This document shows, piece by piece, positions 7,372-14,312 of a stretch of 32,000 nucleotides of DNA. The notes under the pieces were generated by a model. It was not told the origin of the DNA. It searched no databases and saw only the letters and a program-made list of their open reading frames with translations. The stretch's first letter is position 1. Each line of letters begins with the position of its first letter. Position numbers and translations under genes: made by a program. The DNA comes from Horticoccus luteus (GTDB lineage Bacteria > Verrucomicrobiota > Verrucomicrobiia > Opitutales > Opitutaceae). The DNA is taken from contig NZ_CP080507.1 of the NCBI RefSeq assembly GCF_019464535.1, positions 4,020,001 through 4,052,000 of the forward strand. The letters run 5' to 3'.

Positions 7372-9516
7372 TTACCATTTCACTTCGACCCCGCCATAGG
7401 CCGCGCGTGGCAGTCCCGGGCTGAAAACAGGTGTGCTGGAGGAAACCGAAGCGCTGTCGGCGAAACGCTTGTTTGTGGCGTTCATGAGACGACCAAACAG
7501 CGTGACGCGCCGGTTGAACGCATACGTGGCGCGGAGGTTGAGCAAGTCGTGGCCGGGATATTTGCCATAGGCGGGCGAATTGCTCGCCTCCAGCCAATAC
7601 GCCCCGACACGCACCCACTCGAGCTGCACCATCGCTCCGCCCGCCGGCCGCCAGGTGAGGCGGGTGTTGGCGAGCACGTGCGGGGCGGCTTCGATGTCGT
7701 GGCCGCTGTAATTCGCCGCACTCGTCGCCCAGTTAATATAGCGCTGATTGGAATACGACAGCGCCGTGTCGATCCTTAGTCCCGGCATCAGCGGCCCACC
7801 GAGCCCCGCCTCGACGCCGCGGTGATCGGTGCGGCCGGCGTTGACGTTGACCGTGACGTTGGTGGCGAGATCGCGCTGGCTGACGAGATCGTCGCGCTTC
7901 ACGAGATCGTAGCCGACCAGGTTGTAGGACCACGCGCCCACTTCGCCACGCACGCCGAGCTCGAATTGTCGCGCCTTGATCGGTTGGAGCGCGAGCCCGA
8001 GCCGGGCTTTCTCCTGCGCGTTGGCGGCGCTGCTGTCGTTGCCGGCGCGATAGAGCTGACTCTCGGAGGGGACGCGAAAACCGAAATTATACGACGTATA
8101 AAGATGGAGATGCGGCGTGAGCGTATAAGTAGCGCCCAACTTCGGGCTCGCCCGTGAGAAACTCCGATCGTCCGCGGCGATCTGACCGTAATACTTGGTC
8201 GCGCCGAGGACGTTTGCCGCCACCGTTCCGGACGGCAGGTGGTTGCTCATTGCGAAATCGAGCAGGTCGTAACGCAAGCCGGCGGTGAGGCGAAGGCGGG
8301 CCGTCGGCGAAAACTCCGTATGCACATAAGGCGACAAACTCTGGAACGTCACCCGGTAGTCATAAATCCGCGTGCCGAAACGATAGTCGCTGTAAATTGC
8401 GGTCGCACCGCTGCCGGTTCGCGTGACGAGGAGGTTGTCCTCCTGCCGCGAGCCCGGACTATAGTCAAAATCGATGCCGGCGATCAATCGCGTGCGCCCG
8501 GGAATGAATTTTCGCCGCCACTTCGCCATGAGGCCGTAGGAGACGTTGTGCGTGCGCTCGATTCGGGGGTCGAAGCTGAGGTTGTAGCTGCCGTTCAACT
8601 CCATCGCGTCGTCGCGGAAATAGGGAATGAACGAGAGGAGATTGTCGCCGGCGTGATGCTCGTATTCCGTGGAAATCCGCACCGCGCTCACGTTGCGATA
8701 CGCGATGGGCAGTCGGTTGAGCGTGGGGTTGTGCAAATAGTCGGCCAGCGGGAGCGGGGAATTCGCGCCGGTCTGTTGCGCAATGTGGGACACGGCGACC
8801 AAGGTCTTGAGCGTATCATCGCGCCCCACGGTTTGGTCGAAACGCAGATTCGCGCTCCGACGGTCGTAGGCTGTGCGGTCGCGCCAGCCATCGGTGTGCG
8901 TGGCGTTGAGGTCAGCCTGGAAGGCGCCGCGTTCGCCGAGCGCGCTGCCGCCGCTCGCCAGGCCGCGCCAGCTCCCGAACGAGCCGTATTCACCACTGAG
9001 ATCGCCGTGTGCGTAAGACACGGGCGCGCGCGACAGGACGTTGATGATACCGCCAATCGCGTCGGAACCGTAAAGGGCGGTGCCCGGGCCGCGCACGACC
9101 TCGATGCCGCCGGCCATCGGCAGGTTCACCTCGTAGAGCGCGTTGTGGTTAAAGAAACCCGTCGCGCGAATCGGAATGCCGTCTTCGAGAAAGAGGTAAA
9201 CCGGACTCGTGGTGAACGGCTGACGAATGGCGGTCGTGTGGCCTTCGCCGTTCGTCACGGCGATGGCCACGCCGGGAATCTGGCCGAGAATCTGGCCCGG
9301 GTGCAGCGGGGCGGTCTCGCGCACGCTATCGGCCGACACGGTGCCGATGGACGCTGGCGTTTCCGAAAGCAGAGCCCGTTCGCGGGTGCCCGTGACCGTG
9401 ATCGGATCGAGCGTGGTAACATCGCCGGCAGGCGGCGTATTGGCGGGAGCAGTGGTCTGTGCGAAAGCGGAGACTGCGTTGAAGAGGGCAAGCGGGAGAA
9501 TAATAAAGGTTTTCAT
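7372..9516 (-). CDS. TonB-dependent outer-membrane receptor
   Basis: 714 aa from ATG 9516 (MKTFIILPLALFNAVSAFAQ signal). TonB-box/plug region (DPITVTGTR..., IEVVRGPGTALYGSDAIGGIINV), a long beta-barrel with alternating pattern, and terminal ...GGVEVKW (aromatic C-terminus). Substrate cannot be read from the sequence, and the protein has no Cys. Confidence 0.9.
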   Translation of the reverse strand: MKTFIILPLALFNAVSAFAQTTAPANTPPAGDVTTLDPITVTGTRERALLSETPASIGTVSADSVRETAPLHPGQILGQIPGVAIAVTNGEGHTTAIRQPFTTSPVYLFLEDGIPIRATGFFNHNALYEVNLPMAGGIEVVRGPGTALYGSDAIGGIINVLSRAPVSYAHGDLSGEYGSFGSWRGLASGGSALGERGAFQADLNATHTDGWRDRTAYDRRSANLRFDQTVGRDDTLKTLVAVSHIAQQTGANSPLPLADYLHNPTLNRLPIAYRNVSAVRISTEYEHHAGDNLLSFIPYFRDDAMELNGSYNLSFDPRIERTHNVSYGLMAKWRRKFIPGRTRLIAGIDFDYSPGSRQEDNLLVTRTGSGATAIYSDYRFGTRIYDYRVTFQSLSPYVHTEFSPTARLRLTAGLRYDLLDFAMSNHLPSGTVAANVLGATKYYGQIAADDRSFSRASPKLGATYTLTPHLHLYTSYNFGFRVPSESQLYRAGNDSSAANAQEKARLGLALQPIKARQFELGVRGEVGAWSYNLVGYDLVKRDDLVSQRDLATNVTVNVNAGRTDHRGVEAGLGGPLMPGLRIDTALSYSNQRYINWATSAANYSGHDIEAAPHVLANTRLTWRPAGGAMVQLEWVRVGAYWLEASNSPAYGKYPGHDLLNLRATYAFNRRVTLFGRLMNATNKRFADSASVSSSTPVFSPGLPRAAYGGVEVKW

Positions 9517-9652
9517 AGCGCGGCGAGGGGTCACGCGCGAACACGCGTGAGAGAAGCGTCCAGTCCGCGACCGCGCGCGAATTCAGGACGAGCCGGGACC
9601 GGATCAGGCGCGTCAGGACGCTGCCGGCGGGCTTAACAGGAGGACACGAGAC

Positions 9653-10045
9653 TCACGCCACCGCTCGCGGCGGTGGCAGGGGTGGCGGCATGCGTCCGCG
9701 GCCCACCAAGCCCGGCGGCGCAAGAACGACGCCGAGAGGCCGCCGCGTCGGCGCCATGGGCATGACGGTCGCCGACGGCAGTAGCGTATCGAGCAGCTTC
9801 GCCTTGCCGAGTTCGGTCGTGGGCGGCGTGTTTTTTTCCTGCTGCTCCTTACCTTTTTGCACGACCTTGCAGAGGCTGCACATCTCGCCGGAAAATGTTT
9901 CCTGCGTGGCTGCGGTCAGCGACATGGTCTGGGCATAGCCCGTAAACATGCGCCCCCATGCAATGACCTGCATCAAGTCCCACTGGCAGCCCGTGGCGAA
10001 CAGCCACGCGGCCAGACAGCCATAGACTTGGAGGTGCCGACGCAT
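9653..10045 (-). CDS. small exported Cys-containing protein of unknown function
   Basis: 130 aa from ATG 10045 (MRRHLQVYGCLAAWLFATGC QWDLMQVIAWGRMF...GEMCSLCKVV...); the track start at 10057 is a TTG. High GC3, a possible lipobox (FATGC), a CxxC pair and a Pro-rich tail. I do not recognise the family. Confidence 0.5.
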   Translation of the reverse strand: MRRHLQVYGCLAAWLFATGCQWDLMQVIAWGRMFTGYAQTMSLTAATQETFSGEMCSLCKVVQKGKEQQEKNTPPTTELGKAKLLDTLLPSATVMPMAPTRRPLGVVLAPPGLVGRGRMPPPLPPPRAVA

Positions 10046-10183
10046 CGGGCGAATCAACCGGCCGCGCCGCTGTTAGCAAGCGCAGGGGACGGTTCGGCCA
10101 GGCGCCGGAGCGCGAAATTAGCGGCGCAGGAGTGGTTCATAAACAAGCGAGTGAGGATCACGCTGAATGGTTCGTGCGTCTGC

Positions 10184-11032
10184 TCAGGAGCCGACGACCG
10201 CTTTCACCGCGGCGATCACCTCCGGCGTCTTCCAGCCGTTGCCGCGCCAGATCTGGCGCACAGTTCCGTCGGGACCGATCAAGACCGTGCACAAGGTGTG
10301 ATCGAGCGTGAGGCCGTTCCGCTCGGTGAAAACGGCAAACGCCTTCGTCAGCGCCGCGATCTCCGCTGGTGTGCCGGTCGCAAACTGCCAGACCGCGAGA
10401 TCCGCGCCGACGGCCTCCCCGTAAGACTTCAACACCGCGGGCCGGTCAAACGTAGGGTCGAGGGTGATGCTGAGCAGCCGGGCCTGCGCGTGCAGCCGGT
10501 CGTCAGTCAGGATCGCTTTCTGCAATTCGGCAAAACGAAACGCGAGCGCGGGGCAGTATTCCGGCACCGGGCAACGGGTGAAGATAAACGTTACAATTGT
10601 CGCGTGCCCGCGGAGCGCGGCGAGGGAAAGGGGCGCGCCATCTTGGTTGAGAAGAGAAAATTCCGGCATGGCGTCGCCCTCGCGAACGCGACGGCGGGGC
10701 GCCGCTTCGGTCGCAGCAGGAGCGGGCGCACTCGATCCGATCACGACAAAAGCGGTCGCGAACCAATCGTCGCCCGCCGTATGCAGCTCGAAGCGGACGC
10801 GGTCGTCCGCGACCAAACGGGCGGCTTCCGCGGGCCGGGCGACGCGAAACGCCATCGTCATCGCCGGCATCACGCCGGGGATATTGTCGTGGGCGATGCG
10901 AATGTAGCCGTCCGCGTCGATCGCCTGGCGCACCACACCAGTCACGGGGTGAACGCCGTCAGCAGCGGGGGCGCGCACCACGAGTAATCCGGCGAGCGCG
11001 AGGAGCATTGATATAAGCATGCGCGTTGTCAT
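10184..11032 (-). CDS. CusF-like Cu(I)-binding domain fused to a SCO1/SenC copper chaperone domain
   Basis: 282 aa with a signal peptide. The N-terminal domain G..IRIAHDNIPGVMPAMTMAFRV...DDRVRFEL is a CusF_Ec-type Met/His motif. An Ala/Pro linker follows. The C-terminal thioredoxin fold TFIFTRCPVPEYCP...LSITLDP...DHT is Sco-like (Cys pair plus distal His). Confidence 0.85.
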   Translation of the reverse strand: MTTRMLISMLLALAGLLVVRAPAADGVHPVTGVVRQAIDADGYIRIAHDNIPGVMPAMTMAFRVARPAEAARLVADDRVRFELHTAGDDWFATAFVVIGSSAPAPAATEAAPRRRVREGDAMPEFSLLNQDGAPLSLAALRGHATIVTFIFTRCPVPEYCPALAFRFAELQKAILTDDRLHAQARLLSITLDPTFDRPAVLKSYGEAVGADLAVWQFATGTPAEIAALTKAFAVFTERNGLTLDHTLCTVLIGPDGTVRQIWRGNGWKTPEVIAAVKAVVGS

Positions 11033-11067
11033 GAGCGGAAATATATCCGTGTGGGTGCAGCCTGGCC

Positions 11068-11081
11068 TTGATGGACATCAA
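11068..11081. promoter_or_regulatory. perfect FNR/Dnr/NnrR-type box TTGATggacATCAA (box 1)
   Basis: 10/10 match to TTGAT-N4-ATCAA. Its centre at 11074.5 is 42.5 bp from the A of the CusF-Sco ATG (11032). A TATATT hexamer on the minus strand (11045-11040) ends 7 nt before that ATG. Confidence 0.75.
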
Positions 11082-11123
11082 GCAAAGCCCGCAAGGCGGC
11101 GGGATGATAAAAGCTTGGAGCTC

Positions 11124-11137
11124 TTGATACAAATCAA
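11124..11137. promoter_or_regulatory. perfect FNR/Dnr/NnrR-type box TTGATacaaATCAA (box 2)
   Basis: 10/10 match. Its centre at 11130.5 is 46.5 bp upstream of the azurin-like ATG (11177) and 56 bp from box 1. Confidence 0.75.
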
Positions 11138-11176
11138 GGCCTGCGGCCACGAGATCCGATACGGTGGGGCTCTTCT

Positions 11177-11704
11177 ATGAAAAACCACTCCTCCCTTTTT
11201 CTCAGCGGCGCCCTCCTGCTCGCGCTCGGACTGACCGGCTGCGGCCCGTCCGAACGCGCCGCCGACCCCGCTGAAACGGCAGCTGCGGCGACGTCCACTT
11301 CCGATGCCGCCCGGCCCTCGGCAGGTCGCGCGATCGCGATCACCGCGAACGATACGATGAAGTTCAACATGATCGAAATCCACGCCAAGCCCGGCGAGGC
11401 GCTCGCGGTGACGTTGATCAACGAGGGCACCGTGCCGAAGTTTTCGATGGGGCACGACTGGGTGCTCCTAGCGGCCGACACGGACCTCAACGCGTTTGCC
11501 TCCGAGGCGGCGACCGCCGCGGGGACCGACTACATTCCGGCGTCGTTCAAAGACAAGGTGCTGGCCGCGACGAAGCTGCTCGGGCCGAAAGAGTCCGACA
11601 CCGTGCGGTTCTACGCGCCGAAGACGCCGGGCCGGTATCCGTATATCTGCGCCTTTCCCGGCCACATGCAGGTCGGGATGAAGGGTGAATTGATCGTTGA
11701 GTAA
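11177..11704 (+). CDS. azurin-family cupredoxin, predicted lipoprotein
   Basis: 175 aa. Lipobox LGLTGC, then an Ala/Pro/Thr/Ser linker. Azurin-like ligand blocks MGHDWVL and YICAFPGHMQVGMKGELIV (Cys, His, Met; the loop is one residue longer than the classical azurin CTFPGHSALMKG). Confidence 0.85.
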   Translation: MKNHSSLFLSGALLLALGLTGCGPSERAADPAETAAAATSTSDAARPSAGRAIAITANDTMKFNMIEIHAKPGEALAVTLINEGTVPKFSMGHDWVLLAADTDLNAFASEAATAAGTDYIPASFKDKVLAATKLLGPKESDTVRFYAPKTPGRYPYICAFPGHMQVGMKGELIVE

Positions 11705-11726
11705 CGTTTCCGAACCCCGCCAACCC

Positions 11727-13631
11727 ATGAAACTAATCAGCTCCTTACTCGCGCCCGCGGTTGCCGCGGCCGCTCTCGTGGCCCTCCCCGGCTGTAATCC
11801 GCCGGGCAAGTCCGGCGCCGGCGATGCCGGGAAATCCGTTGCGGCCAACTCGGCCGCGGCCCGCACGTGGGTCGCCCCCGGCCAGAAGGATGAGTTTTAT
11901 CTCTTCTATTCCGGCGGGCATTCCGGCCAGGTCTATGTGGCCGGACTCCCGTCCATGCGCCATCTGGCGACGATTCCCGTCTTCGGCCGCTACCCGGGCA
12001 CCGGCTACGGTTACGACGAAGCGTCGAAGGCGATGCTCGGCGACTACACGTGGGGCGACGTGCACCATCCGGGCCTCTCGAAGAAGGACGGACTCTACGA
12101 CGGCCGCTGGCTCTTCGTGAATGATAATGCGAACAACCGCATCGCCCGCATCGATCTCCGCGACTTCAAGACGAAACAGATTCTCGGCCCGATCCCGAAC
12201 TCGATGGGCAACCACGGTTCGTCATTCGTGACCGACAATACCGAATACGTTTTGGTAGCGACGCGCTTCTCCGTGCCGCTGCCGAAGGGCCGCTATGCGG
12301 ATCCGGCCAACTACGAAAAGGAATTTAACGGCATGGTGAGCGGCATCAAAGTCGATCCCACCTCGGGCACGATGAAAGTAGGCTGGCAGATCATCACGCC
12401 GCCCTTCGATTGGGATCTCGGCTCCACGGGCAAGGGCCCGAGCGAAGGCTGGGCTTTCTGGACGTCCTATAACACCGAGATGGCGCACGACAATCTCGAG
12501 GCCAACGCCTCGCAGAAGGACCGCGACTACGCCGCGATCGTGAACTGGAAAGCCGCCGAGGCCGCGGTGAACGCCGGCCAGACCACCATGCTCGATGGCG
12601 TGGCCGTGATCGATCCGGCGAAAACCCCCGGCGTGCTGTATTATCTGCCGGTGCCGAAGTCGCCCCACGGTATCGATGTCGACCCGACCGGCCGCTGGGT
12701 CGTAGCCGCGGGCAAACTGCAGCCCGTCGCCTCGGTCTTCGACTTCGAAAAGCTCCAGGCCGCGATCGCGAAAAAGGATTTCGAATCCGAGTTTCGCGGC
12801 GTGCCGGTGATTCGCTACGATGCCGCACTCGAAGGCGAAGTGCCGGTCGGCCTCGGCCCGCTGCACACGCAATATGACGGCGCGGGCAACGCCTACACGT
12901 CGCTCTTCATCGAATCTGCCGTCGCCAAATGGAAGATGCCGCCCTGGTCCGCGGACGAGCGCGCCGATCTCAACAAGGTCGTGCTCGATAAGATCGCGGT
13001 GCATTACAACATCGGGCATCTCGTTGTCGGCGGCAGCGACACCAAGAAGCCCTACGGCAAGTATCTCGTGGCGATGAACAAGCTCTCGAAGGGCCGCCAT
13101 CTTTCGGTGGGACCATCGCAGCCCGAAGACAGCGAACTCATCGACATCACCGGCAAGAAAATGGAGTTGATCTATGAAGCCTTCACCGAGCCGGAGCCGC
13201 ATTTCGCGCAGATCCTGAAGGCCGATGCGATCAGCCCGATCGAAGTTTATCCGAAGGCGGAAAACGACGATCCCAACGCCGTCTGGGATGCGAAAGACAC
13301 CGGTGCCACCCGCCGCGGGAATGTGGTCGAAGTGAAAATGATCGCGATCCGCAGTCATTTCACGCCCGACCGCATCGACGTGAATGAAGGCGACGAACTT
13401 GTGCTCCATGTCACCAACGTTGAACAGACGCCGGACATGATCCACGGCCTCGGCATCGTCGAACAGAACGTCAACCTCGTGATCGATCCCGGTGAGACGA
13501 AGACCGTCCGGATCAAGATGACGAAGACGGGCGTGTTTCCTTTCTATTGCACCAACTTCTGCTCCGCGCTCCACCAGGAGATGCAGGGCTATCTGGCGGT
13601 GAAACCCGCCGTGGCCGTCGCGACGCAATAA
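11727..13631 (+). CDS. nosZ: nitrous-oxide reductase, clade II (Sec-type, no twin-arginine motif)
   Basis: 634 aa from ATG 11727 (the track start at 11697 is a TTG). CuZ histidines are in DVHHP, GNHGS, SPHG, GPLHT, IGHL and EPH. The CuA site is MIHG...CTNFCSALHQEMQGY. The signal MKLISSLLAPAVAAAALVALPGC has no RR motif. A nosB-type gene lies downstream. Confidence 0.95.
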   Translation: MKLISSLLAPAVAAAALVALPGCNPPGKSGAGDAGKSVAANSAAARTWVAPGQKDEFYLFYSGGHSGQVYVAGLPSMRHLATIPVFGRYPGTGYGYDEASKAMLGDYTWGDVHHPGLSKKDGLYDGRWLFVNDNANNRIARIDLRDFKTKQILGPIPNSMGNHGSSFVTDNTEYVLVATRFSVPLPKGRYADPANYEKEFNGMVSGIKVDPTSGTMKVGWQIITPPFDWDLGSTGKGPSEGWAFWTSYNTEMAHDNLEANASQKDRDYAAIVNWKAAEAAVNAGQTTMLDGVAVIDPAKTPGVLYYLPVPKSPHGIDVDPTGRWVVAAGKLQPVASVFDFEKLQAAIAKKDFESEFRGVPVIRYDAALEGEVPVGLGPLHTQYDGAGNAYTSLFIESAVAKWKMPPWSADERADLNKVVLDKIAVHYNIGHLVVGGSDTKKPYGKYLVAMNKLSKGRHLSVGPSQPEDSELIDITGKKMELIYEAFTEPEPHFAQILKADAISPIEVYPKAENDDPNAVWDAKDTGATRRGNVVEVKMIAIRSHFTPDRIDVNEGDELVLHVTNVEQTPDMIHGLGIVEQNVNLVIDPGETKTVRIKMTKTGVFPFYCTNFCSALHQEMQGYLAVKPAVAVATQ

Positions 13632-13650
13632 ACTGCGCGCTTCCGCTCCC

Positions 13651-13682
13651 GTGTGCGGCGAAGGACCGCCTTCGCCGCACAC
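13651..13682 (+). terminator. perfect 14-bp GC-rich stem-loop between nosZ and nosB (attenuator or stabiliser candidate)
   Basis: GTGTGCGGCGAAGG-accg-CCTTCGCCGCACAC; all 14 pairs checked by hand. It starts 20 nt after the nosZ stop and is followed by CCUCUUUCC (only a weak U-tract) and the nosB ATG at 13695. Confidence 0.55.
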
Positions 13683-13694
13683 CCTCTTTCCGCC

Positions 13695-14312
13695 ATGAAA
13701 ACCTTCTTCCTCCGCGAGTCCCTGTTTCTGCGCCGCTCACTCAGCCTGCGCTCGCGCTTGTTGCTGCTGCTCGCCGCGGTGACGGTTGTGGCGGCCGCCT
13801 TTCTGCCGCTCTGGCAGATCAGGCTCGTGGCGCCGCAATACGAAGAAGGCCTGTCGCTGCATATTTATACCCACAAACTCGTCGGCGGTAACCACGGGCA
13901 GGATCTGCACGAGATCAACATGCTGAATCACTATATTGGGATGAAGCCGCTCGTGGAGGAGGATTTCATCGAGATGCGGTGGATGCCCTTTGCCTTCGGC
14001 ATCTTCGCGCTGCTCGCGCTCCGCGCGGCGGTCGTGGGCCGGATGCTGAGCCTGATCGACCTCGGAGCACTGTTCACCTATTTTACGTTTTTCTCCCTCG
14101 GGAGCTTTTACTATCGGCTTTATACTTACGGCCACGAGCTCAACCCGCACGCGCCGATGACAATCAAGCCGTTCACGCCGATCCTGCTGGGCAGCCAGCA
14201 AATCGCCAACTTTGTCCAGACCAGCCTGCCGCAAACCGGCGGCGTGCTGTTCACCCTTTTTCCCATCCTGATCGCGGGCGCGATTTGGTTTTCCCGTCAC
14301 GAGGAGCCATGA
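13695..14312 (+). CDS. nosB: NosB-like integral membrane protein (clade II nos accessory)
   Basis: 205 aa from ATG 13695, with several TM helices. It sits immediately downstream of a clade II nosZ and is translationally coupled to nosD. Assigned by synteny, since I cannot align it to a reference from memory. Confidence 0.65.
   Translation: MKTFFLRESLFLRRSLSLRSRLLLLLAAVTVVAAAFLPLWQIRLVAPQYEEGLSLHIYTHKLVGGNHGQDLHEINMLNHYIGMKPLVEEDFIEMRWMPFAFGIFALLALRAAVVGRMLSLIDLGALFTYFTFFSLGSFYYRLYTYGHELNPHAPMTIKPFTPILLGSQQIANFVQTSLPQTGGVLFTLFPILIAGAIWFSRHEEP

Noticed and set aside
9531-9550. Inverted repeat TCACGCG-N6-CGCGTGA, 15 nt upstream of the TBDR start codon
   Set aside because: It is a short GC-rich palindrome of a kind common in high-GC DNA, with no U-tract and no second copy, so there is not enough to call a regulatory element.
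8239-9636. 465-aa plus-strand ORF opposite the TonB-dependent receptor
   Set aside because: It is an antisense shadow with an Arg/Val/Gly-rich translation. The minus-strand frame carries the plug, barrel and C-terminal aromatic signatures.
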